Positions 18,882-28,141 are shown, counted from the first letter of the stretch. The stretch is 32,000 nt of DNA from Candidatus Atelocyanobacterium thalassa isolate ALOHA (GCF_000025125.1 NC_013771.1:300001-332000); one strand, 5' to 3'. Notes: generated by a model not told the origin, from the sequence alone. A program made the numbers and translations.

Positions 18882-19100
18882 ATGATTAAACGTAAAGATA
18901 AAGTTAGAGTTAAGCGCAAAGAGTCTTATTGGTATAACGATGTTGGTACTGTTGTAACTATAGATAAAGGTGATTCTCTTTTATATCCAGTTGTTGTTCG
19001 TTTCGAAAAAGTTAATTATATTGGTCTTTCTGGAGATCCTTCAGGGCTTAATATGAATTCATTTGCAGAGAGCGAACTAGAAGTTGTAGCTGAGCAATAA
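18882..19100 (+). CDS. psaE: Photosystem I reaction centre subunit IV (PsaE)
   Basis: [23 protein letters not shown]...[12 protein letters not shown]...[13 protein letters not shown] matches the PsaE SH3-like fold sequence. Length is 72 aa. Confidence 0.9.
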   Translation: MIKRKDKVRVKRKESYWYNDVGTVVTIDKGDSLLYPVVVRFEKVNYIGLSGDPSGLNMNSFAESELEVVAEQ

Positions 19101-19137
19101 AATTTATAGCTAAAGGACAACATATTTAGGATAAGCT

Positions 19138-19992
19138 TTGCCAGAATTACCCGAAGTTGAGAGTATTTGTCGGAAACTCAATGAATTAACTACCGGCCAA
19201 ACTATTTTGGGAGGACAAGTGTTGTTAGCACGTTCACTTGCCTACCCTTCTTCTATGCAAGAATTTTTAAATTTGATTGATAATGTTGATTTAAAAATAT
19301 GGAAGAGAAGAGGAAAATATTTATTAGCAGAATTAGATAGTAATAAAGGCTGGATAGTATTTCATCTTAGAATGACAGGTCAACTTTTATTGACTCAGCA
19401 AAGTGAACCATTATCAAAGCACACTCGACTACGATTATTTTGCAAAAACTCTTATGAGTTAAGATTTATAGATATCAGAACTTTTGGAAAGGTATGGGTA
19501 ATTCCACCATCCTATAATCCAGAAGATATAATCACTGGCCTAAAAAAATTAGGTGTAGAACCTTTCTCAAATGATTTTTCAATTAATTATCTTATTGAAA
19601 ATTTAACAAGATATAAGCGTAATATCAAAACTATCTTATTAGATCAATCAATCATTGCAGGAATTGGTAATATATATGCTGATGAAGCTCTATTTCGAAG
19701 TAATATTCATCCCGAAACTAAAGGTGCAGAGTTAACTCTCAAACAAATTAAGAATTTACAAAAGGCTATTCTTGAAGTTCTTAGTAAATCTATTGATGAA
19801 GGAGGAACTACCTTTAGTGATTTTTTAAATATTACTGGTAATAAAGGTAACTATACAGAATTTGCTTGGGTTTATGGCAGAAACCATTCTCCTTGTCGTA
19901 TTTGTAGTACTCCCATTAAGCGCATTAAGTTAAACGGTAGATCTTCCCATTTTTGCCCAAAATGCCAACAATATAGTAACTTGTTCAAATAG
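19138..19992 (+). CDS. mutM: Formamidopyrimidine-DNA glycosylase (Fpg/MutM), with a TTG start
   Basis: The N-terminal PELPEVE contains the catalytic Pro2, which fixes the start at TTG 19138. It also has the H2TH region (GIGNIYADEALF) and the C-terminal zinc finger CRICSTPI...HFCPKCQ. Confidence 0.92.
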   Translation: MPELPEVESICRKLNELTTGQTILGGQVLLARSLAYPSSMQEFLNLIDNVDLKIWKRRGKYLLAELDSNKGWIVFHLRMTGQLLLTQQSEPLSKHTRLRLFCKNSYELRFIDIRTFGKVWVIPPSYNPEDIITGLKKLGVEPFSNDFSINYLIENLTRYKRNIKTILLDQSIIAGIGNIYADEALFRSNIHPETKGAELTLKQIKNLQKAILEVLSKSIDEGGTTFSDFLNITGNKGNYTEFAWVYGRNHSPCRICSTPIKRIKLNGRSSHFCPKCQQYSNLFK

Positions 19993-20006
19993 TTTTTTTA
20001 TTATAC

Positions 20007-20036
20007 TTGACAAGTAAGGAAGTACTTTGCTAAATT
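20007..20036 (+). promoter_or_regulatory. Candidate sigma-70-type promoter for tRNA-Gln
   Basis: A consensus -35 TTGACA (20007-20012) is followed by an 18-nt spacer and a -10-like TAAATT (20031-20036), which ends 20 nt before the mature tRNA 5' end. This rests on the sequence pattern only. Confidence 0.3.
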
Positions 20037-20056
20037 TATGAACGTCTCCACATTAA

Positions 20057-20128
20057 TGGGGTGTAGCCAAGCGGTAAGGCAGCGGGTTTTGGTCTCGCCA
20101 TTCCTGGGTTCGAATCCTAGCACCCCAG
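20057..20128 (+). tRNA. tRNA-Gln (anticodon UUG), CCA not encoded
   Basis: I folded the cloverleaf by hand. The acceptor stem is TGGGGTG/CACCCCA, the anticodon stem is GCGGG/CTCGC with loop TTTTGGT (anticodon TTG), and the T arm is CTGGG-TTCGAAT-CCTAG. It is close in sequence to bacterial tRNA-Gln. Confidence 0.95.
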
Positions 20129-20439
20129 TCACAGTAATAAAAAATCAAATTTTAGGTTATTTAGTACTCTAAATAATAGAAATAACATTGAGATTCTTGC
20201 TATTTAAAGTTAGCTTCCCAATGGATTAAATGCTTACTAATAATCTAGTTGAGAAACAAAAAATTAACTTAACTCATTAATGTAATTTACTTCTTAAATA
20301 AGATTAATCTAGATTGCAAGGTTTTATATTTAGAAGCTGACTATACTTTTTAATAATATAGTTGTCATAAGAATTAAGAGATGTATAGTAAGTAAAGGAA
20401 GATTCTCCGGTATAGGTTTTTGCAAAGAAAAGGAAATCC

Positions 20440-22914
20440 ATGGCACAACAGTTAAAGTTTACGAAAACTGGCAAAATTATCTCAACATCTTTACATACAG
20501 AAATGAGACATTCGTATTTAGAGTATGCTATGAGTGTAATTGTAGGAAGAGCTCTACCAGATGCGAGAGACGGGTTGAAACCTGTTCATCGCCGTATTCT
20601 TTATGCTATGTATGAATTAGGTTTAACTCCTGAGCGTCCTTTTCGTAAATGCGCCCGTGTAGTAGGTGACGTTCTTGGCAAATATCATCCTCATGGTGAT
20701 CAAGCCGTGTATGATGCTTTAGTACGCATGGCACAGGATTTTTCAAGTCGTTATCCTTTACTTTCTGGACATGGCAACTTTGGTTCTATAGATAATGACC
20801 CGCCTGCAGCAATGCGTTATACAGAAACCAGGCTTTCTTCTATTGCTAATGAAGGAATACTTGGAGAAATTGGTGAAAATATCATCGATTTTAATAATAA
20901 TTTTGATAATTCTCAGCAAGAACCTATTGTTCTTCCTGTTAAAATTCCTAATTTATTAGTTAATGGTTGTACAGGGATTGCTGTAGGAATGGCTACTAAT
21001 ATTCCTCCGCATAATTTAGGAGAGTTGATAGACGGATTAATAGCTTTATTAGAAAAACCTGAATTATCTAATGAAAAATTGTGGAAAATAATTCCTGGCC
21101 CAGATTTTCCTACTGGAGGTGAAATCATTCAAACTGAAGGAATTAAAGATGCTTACCGTGATGGAAAAGGAATCATTAGAGTCCGCGGAGTAGTAAGTAT
21201 AGAAAAGATTAATGTAGGAAAGAAAAGACGTCAAGAAAGAACAGCATTGATAATAACTGAGCTTCCTTATCAAGTAAATAAAGCCGCCTGGATTGAGAAA
21301 ATTGCCGATTTAGTTAATTGTGGACGTCTAGAGGGCATAGCAGATATTAGAGATGAAAGTGATCGTACTGGTATGAGGGTAGTAATTGAGCTAAAAAGAG
21401 ATGCAGTTACTAAATTAGTTCTTAAAGAGTTATATAAGAAAACAGCTTTAGAGCATAACTTTGGCGCGATTATGCTAGCTTTAGTTGATAACCAACCACA
21501 ACAGTTGTCTCTACGTAGTTTATTGGAGGAATTCTTAAGTTTTAGAGAAAAGACTCTAAATCGTCAGTACAGTAATGAATTAAAAAACTGTCAAGATCAG
21601 TCAGATATTTTAAAGGGATTACTAATTGCTCTTGCAAATTTAGACAAAGTAATTAACATTTTGTGTAATTCAGTAGATTCGACAATCGCTAAAGAACAGT
21701 TTCAGAAAGAGTTAGGCTTGAATGAAAAACAAGCGAATGGTATTTTAGCAATGCCTATGAGACGTTTGACTGGGCTAGAAAGGAAAAAAATTGAGACAGA
21801 ATATGAAGAACTACAAATAAAAGTTAATAAATTAGAAATTTTATTGAAAAATCGTAAAGAGTTTTTGGCAGAATTGAAAAAAGAATTACGTTCTCTTAAG
21901 AAAAAATATGGAGATAAGCGCCGTACTAGAATTATTGGGAAAGACACTACGAAAATAAATAATATTGAAACTCAGAAGCTTGATGTTCCAAAGCAACCAA
22001 TATTACAAAGTAAAAAAAAGATATCCCATACACCTAAACAATTAAATCTTAATTTATCTAAAGATTCTATTTTAGAAATGACTTACCAGGGAGAAGTAGC
22101 TTGGAGAAAGCCGGAAGATAGGGGCTTTGAGAATAAGCTATTGATTTATAGTGAGATAATAGGAGAAAGAGAGCAAATAATTGTAATTACCGATAATGGT
22201 AAAGCTTATCCTATAAAAATCCTCGATATTCCCTATATTGATGTTCAATCAACTTTTTTAATTAGCTTATTACCTGAAAATGCACAAAAAGATACTAAAA
22301 GCGTTATATCTATATTTTTTTTAACTAAGAACGTTGAAAATCGGAATTTACTTCTATTAACAAACCAAGGAAAAATTAAGCGTATTCAACTATCAGAATT
22401 AAATAGCCTTACCAACAGAGGATTATCATTAATGAAGTTAAAAAATGATGATTTCTTAAAATATATCTCTTTTGTTAAAGAAGAAGATGAAATCGTAATT
22501 GCTATAACCAGCGGTCGCTTATTACGTTTTCAAATGAAAAATGAGGAGATTCCTGTCATGAATCGTAATACGCAGGGAGAGCAAGCTTTTAGGCTTAGGA
22601 GTAAAGAAGAGATTGTCGGATGCATTAATATGAATAAGAAAGATGATATTTTATTAGTATCAAAACTAGGGTATGGGAAAAGGCTCAATGTATTAGATTT
22701 ACGTATAACAAAACTAGGTGACATTGGAACACAAGCTTTGAAGTTTATTCATCAAGCTGATAGCCTATTAGGCATAAAGGTATCATCAGATATAAGAAAC
22801 ATTAATATTTTAACTAATAAGAATAGAGTTATTACTACAGAAATAACAGAAGTCGAAAATAACAAACCAATAGTTGAATTATTTGATACGGAAATAATTA
22901 TTCATATTAATTAA
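20440..22914 (+). CDS. gyrA: DNA topoisomerase II (GyrA/ParC family) subunit A; no GyrA-box is detectable
   Basis: Conserved motifs are [49 protein letters not shown] and the catalytic Tyr in [10 protein letters not shown]. The C-terminal beta-pinwheel blades are degenerate. Length is 824 aa. Confidence 0.88.
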   Translation: MAQQLKFTKTGKIISTSLHTEMRHSYLEYAMSVIVGRALPDARDGLKPVHRRILYAMYELGLTPERPFRKCARVVGDVLGKYHPHGDQAVYDALVRMAQDFSSRYPLLSGHGNFGSIDNDPPAAMRYTETRLSSIANEGILGEIGENIIDFNNNFDNSQQEPIVLPVKIPNLLVNGCTGIAVGMATNIPPHNLGELIDGLIALLEKPELSNEKLWKIIPGPDFPTGGEIIQTEGIKDAYRDGKGIIRVRGVVSIEKINVGKKRRQERTALIITELPYQVNKAAWIEKIADLVNCGRLEGIADIRDESDRTGMRVVIELKRDAVTKLVLKELYKKTALEHNFGAIMLALVDNQPQQLSLRSLLEEFLSFREKTLNRQYSNELKNCQDQSDILKGLLIALANLDKVINILCNSVDSTIAKEQFQKELGLNEKQANGILAMPMRRLTGLERKKIETEYEELQIKVNKLEILLKNRKEFLAELKKELRSLKKKYGDKRRTRIIGKDTTKINNIETQKLDVPKQPILQSKKKISHTPKQLNLNLSKDSILEMTYQGEVAWRKPEDRGFENKLLIYSEIIGEREQIIVITDNGKAYPIKILDIPYIDVQSTFLISLLPENAQKDTKSVISIFFLTKNVENRNLLLLTNQGKIKRIQLSELNSLTNRGLSLMKLKNDDFLKYISFVKEEDEIVIAITSGRLLRFQMKNEEIPVMNRNTQGEQAFRLRSKEEIVGCINMNKKDDILLVSKLGYGKRLNVLDLRITKLGDIGTQALKFIHQADSLLGIKVSSDIRNINILTNKNRVITTEITEVENNKPIVELFDTEIIIHIN

Positions 22915-23231
22915 TTTCACACGAAACAGTAATAAGTGAAAGATAAAAAAGAATCATAATCCACATTCATTGTTATGTATTTATTTGTGCCTAAACTTAT
23001 TAATACTTAAGGTTAAATCTAAAATTATGTTTAGATATCTAAATTCTTTTACTAATTGAAATATAAAAACTTACTTTTTATTGGAGGAAAGTTTAATGAA
23101 GTATGCAATTTTGTAAAAACAAATGATATGTATAATACAATTATTATAAATCTATAAAATCAAAACATATCTCGAAAATTTTATGATAATATTAAGGATA
23201 CTCTTTTGAAATTATATTTAAAATTGCTAAT

Positions 23232-23867
23232 ATGACTCTTCAACTTGGTGATATTGCGCCCGATTTTTCTCAAGATTCTAGCGAAGGAATTATTTCTTTT
23301 CATGAATGGGCTGGTGACAAATGGGTAGTCCTTTTTTCACATCCTGCTGACTATACTCCTGTATGTACAACTGAGTTGGGTATGGTTTCTAAACTTAAAT
23401 CAGAATTTGAGAAACGCAATGTTAAAGTTTTAGCTTTAAGTGTAGATGGTGTAAGTTCTCATAAAGGATGGATAAATGATATTAATGAAACTCAGAACAC
23501 CACTGTCAATTATCCTATTATTGCCGACTCTGACTCTAAAGTGGCTAACTTATATGGAATGATTCATCCTAAATCTTTAAATAAACTTACAGTTCGTTCT
23601 GTATTTATTATTGATCCTAATAAGAAAGTTCGTTTGATTTTAACTTATCCTGCCAGTACCGGAAGAAACTTTGATGAGATCTTAAGAGTTATTGATTCTC
23701 TACAATTAACTGATTATCACCAAGTAGCAACCCCAGCTAATTGGAAAGATGGTAATGATTGTGTTGTAGTGCCTTCTATCTCTACTGAAGAAGCTAAACA
23801 AAAGTTTCCAAAAGGCGTGACCGAAGTCAAACCTTACCTACGCATGACTCCTCAGCCAAATAAATAA
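23232..23867 (+). CDS. 1-Cys peroxiredoxin (Prx6 type)
   Basis: The N-terminus is LGDIAPDF and the peroxidatic Cys context is FSHPADYTPVCTTELG. It has the long Prx6-type C-terminal domain and no resolving Cys in the usual 2-Cys position. Length is 211 aa. Confidence 0.9.
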   Translation: MTLQLGDIAPDFSQDSSEGIISFHEWAGDKWVVLFSHPADYTPVCTTELGMVSKLKSEFEKRNVKVLALSVDGVSSHKGWINDINETQNTTVNYPIIADSDSKVANLYGMIHPKSLNKLTVRSVFIIDPNKKVRLILTYPASTGRNFDEILRVIDSLQLTDYHQVATPANWKDGNDCVVVPSISTEEAKQKFPKGVTEVKPYLRMTPQPNK

Positions 23868-23898
23868 AATTAAAATAGTTATCCAACTTTTTAATCAA

Positions 23899-23940
23899 AT
23901 AAACAGAGAAAATAGTTTAGAAAAAATTTTCTCTGTTTAT
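23899..23940 (+). terminator. 15-bp stem-loop downstream of the peroxiredoxin gene
   Basis: ataaacagagaaaat (23899-23913) pairs with attttctctgtttat (23926-23940) around a 12-nt loop. It starts 32 nt after the stop codon. Confidence 0.4.
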
Positions 23941-24063
23941 TAATACAATACATATATAAAGCAATTTACTAATCTTTTTGTAAATTGCTTTACATATATG
24001 AATATTTTGGTAAATTTTGTTATAATAGTAATTTAAACTTTTTATTAATTGAGAGATTTTGGA

Positions 24064-24300
24064 ATGTCTAGAAAATGTCAGTTAACTGGGAAAAAAGCAA
24101 ATAATGGTTTTGCTGTCTCACATTCTCATCGTCGTACAAAAAAATTACAACAAGTAAACTTGCAATGGAAGAGAATTTGGTGGGAAGAAGGCAATCGTTG
24201 GGTAAAATTACGCCTTTCCACTAAAGCTATTAAAACTTTGGAGAAAAAAAGTTTACATCTCATGGCTAAAGAAGCAGGTATTAACTTAAATAAACTTTAA
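24064..24300 (+). CDS. rpmB: 50S ribosomal protein L28
   Basis: [34 protein letters not shown]... is the canonical L28 N-terminus. The ORF is open from TTG 24049, but ATG 24064 fits the family. Confidence 0.9.
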   Translation: MSRKCQLTGKKANNGFAVSHSHRRTKKLQQVNLQWKRIWWEEGNRWVKLRLSTKAIKTLEKKSLHLMAKEAGINLNKL

Positions 24301-24440
24301 GTTAATATCTATGATCTGATTAAATAAAAAATAGCTATCCTCTTAAGGTGGTAAAAGCAATATATAATGTAGAGTTTTTACTAATCTCTTTTATTATTGT
24401 TCTTAAGTTTTAAGAAATAATTTCAACAAAAACTGCAGAT

Positions 24441-24495
24441 ATTTAGATATTTAGATAAGGAATTTAGATATTTGTAGTTTTTTAAATATTTAGAT
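24441..24495. repeat. Cluster of four perfect ATTTAGAT octamers plus one degenerate copy
   Basis: Perfect copies lie at 24441-24448, 24449-24456, 24462-24469 and 24488-24495, with the degenerate atttgtag at 24470-24477. The cluster is bracketed by the 7-bp inverted repeat aaactgc (24430-24436) / gcagttt (24505-24511). Confidence 0.8.
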
Positions 24496-24945
24496 TTCTT
24501 ATTCGCAGTTTAAACATTTATATTTTAGCGACTTTAGTGAATATCTTTAAGATTTCGATGCAATCTTATTTGATGAAGATGATAAAGTTATATTCTAGTA
24601 TTTAGTTATCGATTACTTTTTGCGAAAAGTTGATTTTTTAGGACAGTACATCTCTAAATTTGTATTACAAATAAAAAAATATTAATAACAGTTAAGTATA
24701 ACTTCATAAGCAATGAAGTATAAAATTAGTAATATAAAGCTAACAACAAATAACATTAAATTTCCAAAAAAGAATATAAATACGTACAGTTCACTTTTTA
24801 TATATTGCTAATAAAAAAATCTTACTAATTATTAAAAAAAAGTGTAAAAAATATTAAAGAATTTTTTAATACACAAAGTTAATACTAGATGTAGTTATCA
24901 AATTCTATATCTAATAATTAATTTATAAGAATAAATATATTAACT

Positions 24946-25881
24946 ATGTTATTTATCAAGAAAAAATTAAAATGGATTTTTCTTATATTGTCATTTCTAG
25001 CAATCATAATAATGGTACAAGATAGTTGGCAAGATATTAGAAATATTCATATAAAGTCTAATGGTTATATATTTTTACTTTTATCTTTGTTAATAACTTT
25101 CTTGGCTCATATTTGGTCAGGAATTCTTTGGGTCTATATACTTAAAAGTTGTCAACAATCTATTCATATTAATCTTGGTCTAAAAATTTATCTAATTACT
25201 AATATTTATAAGTATCTTCCAGGAAATGTAGGTCATTTTTTAAAACGAATCTATGAACTCCAAAGGCTAGGTTTCTCAGCGTCAATTGCCAGTGTAGGAA
25301 TTATTATAGAACCATGTTTAATGCTTATATCTGCTTTATTAGTCACACTACTAGCTCATGTTTTAGACTCTACGAAGATAACTATAAATACTAATACATT
25401 ATTTTTATATCTAATTCCCATTAGTATTGCTTTAATTATTATTCATCCATTTTTTTTAAATAAGGTAATCAGTTACTTATCAAAGCAAAAATATAAAAGC
25501 TTAGAAAGTAAAAATGCTAATTATATTAAAAGATATCCAGGATTAATAATTCTAGGAGAAGTAGGATTTATTTTATTAAAGGCACAAGGATTTATTTTAG
25601 TTTTAATGTCATTTATATCAATATCATCAGACAATTTTTTAAGATTCATAGGTTCTTTTAGTTTTGCTTGGCTTTTAGGTTTAGTTACTCCTGGTGCGCC
25701 TGGAGGAATAGGTATATTTGAAGCAACAGTTTTACGTATGCTTAGGCCATCTATATCTAACATAGAGGTTATCTTAGCAAGCGTGGCTATCTTTAGAATA
25801 ATTAATGTCTTAGCGGAAGTATTGGGAATGTTTCTAGGTTATTTAATTAATAGAAATTCCCTAAAAAAAACATATAAATAG
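24946..25881 (+). CDS. Integral membrane protein, UPF0104 / lysyl-PG-synthase-TM-like (flippase-like) family
   Basis: It has about 8 predicted TM helices and the conserved late motif TPGAPGGIGIFEA typical of UPF0104 proteins. Length is 311 aa. Confidence 0.7.
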   Translation: MLFIKKKLKWIFLILSFLAIIIMVQDSWQDIRNIHIKSNGYIFLLLSLLITFLAHIWSGILWVYILKSCQQSIHINLGLKIYLITNIYKYLPGNVGHFLKRIYELQRLGFSASIASVGIIIEPCLMLISALLVTLLAHVLDSTKITINTNTLFLYLIPISIALIIIHPFFLNKVISYLSKQKYKSLESKNANYIKRYPGLIILGEVGFILLKAQGFILVLMSFISISSDNFLRFIGSFSFAWLLGLVTPGAPGGIGIFEATVLRMLRPSISNIEVILASVAIFRIINVLAEVLGMFLGYLINRNSLKKTYK

Positions 25882-25981
25882 ATTTAATAATAAATTAAAA
25901 AATTTATCTTTGTGCTTTAATATCTAAGCTATTAATCAATGTATTTATTCTGTTAATAAAGACTTTCAGGTTAAGACTATT

Positions 25982-26479
25982 TTACTTATTAATGGTTTTG
26001 TTTTTTTGTTTAAAAACAAAATGCCGAATTTCTTCTTCTATATGTTCAGTTACTTTTTTGACAGCTGGTTGTAGAATAGAGCTTATCTCTAATCCGAAGC
26101 TCAAATCTTTTACCTGGATAAGATATACAGTAACATCTTCAGGGAACTCCTTCTTAAATATTTTTTTACCAACTGCTAGAGCATTATCCCATCTAAAATC
26201 ATGCAAGCTATTATTAATTTCTGGTAGCTCTTCTAATTCTTCTCCAGGAACTTTATAGATAGTACCTGGAGAAGAATTGATTGAGCAAGCATCTATAATA
26301 ATTAATTTTTGGCTACCTTTTGCTTGAAACATAACTTCCATACCTGAAGTTCCACAATCAAAGATATTAATTCTGGAGAGAAATTTTTTTTGTAATTTTT
26401 TTTGTAATTTTTGAGCAATTATTGCTCCTATCGCATCATCGCAACGATTCAAATTACCGCAACCAATAATTGTTAACAT
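25982..26479 (-). CDS. hupW: [NiFe]-hydrogenase maturation endopeptidase (HupW/HoxW family)
   Basis: The N-terminus is MLTIIGCGNLNRCDDAIG and the second metal-ligand region is LIIIDA...PGTIY. A His lies in the SLHDF region. Length is 165 aa. Choosing hupW over hoxW is an inference. Confidence 0.72.
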   Translation of the reverse strand: MLTIIGCGNLNRCDDAIGAIIAQKLQKKLQKKFLSRINIFDCGTSGMEVMFQAKGSQKLIIIDACSINSSPGTIYKVPGEELEELPEINNSLHDFRWDNALAVGKKIFKKEFPEDVTVYLIQVKDLSFGLEISSILQPAVKKVTEHIEEEIRHFVFKQKNKTINK

Positions 26480-26487
26480 TATAAATA

Positions 26488-27558
26488 TTAGATACTCAAA
26501 ATTTCTGATAATGCATCAAGAAGTTTTTTATTATCTTGATGTTTACGTACTGCAACTCTAAAATATTTATCACCTAACTCAGGGAAACTAAGACAATCAC
26601 GGATTAAAATATGATACTTTTGTAATAATTTTTGTTGTAAAGTAGAGCTTTTCATTGATGTTTCTACTAGAAAAAAATTAGCTGAACTTGATATAGGTTT
26701 TAAGCCTTTTATTTTTGATAGACCTTGAAACAACTTTTCACTGGTAAACGAAAGCCATCTTTTTGTATTATATGTAAATTCTTTATCATTAATTGCTGCA
26801 ATTCCTGCAACCATAGCTAAATAATTTACGCACCAAGGGTCTCTCCAAGTTTGCCATTTCTTTATACGATCAGGATGAGAAATTACATATCCTAAACGTA
26901 ACCCAGGAATACTATAAAATTTTGTTAGAGAACGTAAAATTATTAAATTAGAATATTTTGATATCCAAGATATTAGACTTTGCTCTTGAAGAGGATCAAC
27001 AAAGTCCATAAATGCTTCATCTACTACCACTAAAGATGATTCTTCTAGTAAAGGTATAAAAAATTCTTTTTTTAGCAATTTCCCTGTTGGGTTATGAGGG
27101 TTGTTAACAATAACTCCTGACTTTTTCCTTTTAAAGCTGGTAAGGGTAGCTATAGGGTTATCCTGTTGCCATAGAAAATCAACTGGCTCAATATTTGCCT
27201 GAAATGTTTTTAAAGCTCTTAAATAATCATTAAAAAAAGGTTTGAAAACATATGTTCTTTCTTCCTGTGCTAACTCACGTCCTGCCCAAGTCAATAATTC
27301 AGCTACACCATTTCCAATAAGGATCCATTCAGGAGGTAGATGATGATATTGAGCCAAAATTTTTCTTAACTGTGTATAGTTTGGATCGGGGTAATGATTA
27401 ATATCTTGTAGTGCATCTTGAATTGCATTCAAAACACTTTGAGGTGGGCCAAGAGGATTTATACTAGCAGAAAAATCTAATATGGAAGAGGCAGGACAAC
27501 CAATTTGATAGGCTGCCCAAAACAAGTTTCCTCCATGAATAGGACGCTGCATATTCAT
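26488..27558 (-). CDS. cobD: L-threonine-O-3-phosphate decarboxylase (CobD, class I/II aminotransferase fold)
   Basis: It has the N-terminal HGGN...ILDFSASINPLGPP hallmark, NPHNPTG, the PLP-Lys context LRSLTKFYSIPGLRLGY, and the C-terminal ILIRDC...YFRVAVR. It is collinear with S. enterica CobD as I remember it. Confidence 0.82.
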   Translation of the reverse strand: MNMQRPIHGGNLFWAAYQIGCPASSILDFSASINPLGPPQSVLNAIQDALQDINHYPDPNYTQLRKILAQYHHLPPEWILIGNGVAELLTWAGRELAQEERTYVFKPFFNDYLRALKTFQANIEPVDFLWQQDNPIATLTSFKRKKSGVIVNNPHNPTGKLLKKEFFIPLLEESSLVVVDEAFMDFVDPLQEQSLISWISKYSNLIILRSLTKFYSIPGLRLGYVISHPDRIKKWQTWRDPWCVNYLAMVAGIAAINDKEFTYNTKRWLSFTSEKLFQGLSKIKGLKPISSSANFFLVETSMKSSTLQQKLLQKYHILIRDCLSFPELGDKYFRVAVRKHQDNKKLLDALSEILSI

Positions 27559-27571
27559 AAGAAAATAATAG

Positions 27572-27853
27572 CTATTTTTTTGGAGCGACTTTTTCTTTGA
27601 AAAGCTTCCCAGCTGAAAATGCAGGAACCTTAGTTGCAGGAATACTCATCTTTTCATTAGTTTTTGGATTGCGCCCTTCACGAGCTTTACGATTACGAGC
27701 TTCAAAAGAACCAAAGCCTACTAAGGTAACTTTGTCATCTCCAGCAACTGCTTCCATAATAGTTTCAATCGTAGCACTAATGATACTATCTGCTTGTTTT
27801 TTAGTAACATCAGCTTTGTTTGCTACTGTATCGATCAGTTCTCCTTTATTCAT
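27572..27853 (-). CDS. hup: DNA-binding protein HU
   Basis: MNKGELIDTVA...GFGSFEARNRKAREGRNPKTNEKMSIPATKVPAFSAGKLFKEKV is a canonical HU/IHF fold sequence. Length is 93 aa. Confidence 0.9.
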   Translation of the reverse strand: MNKGELIDTVANKADVTKKQADSIISATIETIMEAVAGDDKVTLVGFGSFEARNRKAREGRNPKTNEKMSIPATKVPAFSAGKLFKEKVAPKK

Positions 27854-28141
27854 TTGGTAATCTCCTAATTTGAAGTTTTTACACTAATTTATTTTTGACA
27901 TCATACCAAGAAATATATCGTTTGCAACTTTTTTAGTAAAATTAAATTATTAAATCCTAACAGAAGACCTTGTTTCTAGGTTGTTAGACTGACTTATTTC
28001 ACTGAAAATAATTAACTAAATTGATATAAAGTAACTGATCAAATTATTATCTTGATCATGATATATTTTAACCATATCGAGAAGCAGTCGAAATAGATAG
28101 TTCGCTACCTCTCAATATGATTTCAAATGTAATTCCAGTGC

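Noticed and set aside
20159-20178. 8-bp palindrome ttatttag-tact-ctaaataa downstream of tRNA-Gln, considered as a terminator
   Set aside because: The stem is all A/T apart from one G-C pair, only 8 bp long and has no U-tract. That is too weak to call.
20913-22724. Four ORFs of 64-81 aa antisense to the gyrA-family gene (20913-21128, 21064-21273, 21702-21947, 22530-22724)
   Set aside because: All lie opposite a conserved 824-aa frame. They are Ser/Phe/Ile-rich peptides, as expected from the reverse complement of Lys/Glu-rich coding sequence.
23030-23043. 14-bp perfect palindrome TTTAGATATCTAAA upstream of the peroxiredoxin gene, sharing the TTTAGAT half-site with the 24441-24495 array. A related atttagagatatct lies near 10245
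   Set aside because: At this base composition, several 14-bp perfect palindromes and more than a dozen TTTAGAT heptamers are expected by chance in 32 kb. On its own it is not significant, so I mention it only as a lead for the genome-wide motif test proposed for the octamer array.
23131-23148. 7-4-7 inverted repeat TATAATAcaatTATTATA about 90 bp upstream of the peroxiredoxin start, considered as a Fur/PerR-type box
   Set aside because: The spacing does not match the 7-1-7 Fur-family architecture. The left arm is simply a consensus -10 hexamer (TATAAT), and the sequence is pure A/T, so it is likely chance.
25521-26258. Antisense ORFs within the UPF0104 gene (25521-25763) and the hydrogenase protease gene (25992-26258)
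   Set aside because: These are embedded shadow ORFs with no motifs. The sense-strand genes have family-specific signatures.
27597-27860. 87-aa ORF antisense to the HU gene
   Set aside because: The HU frame is unmistakable. The antisense peptide is hydrophobic low-complexity sequence.
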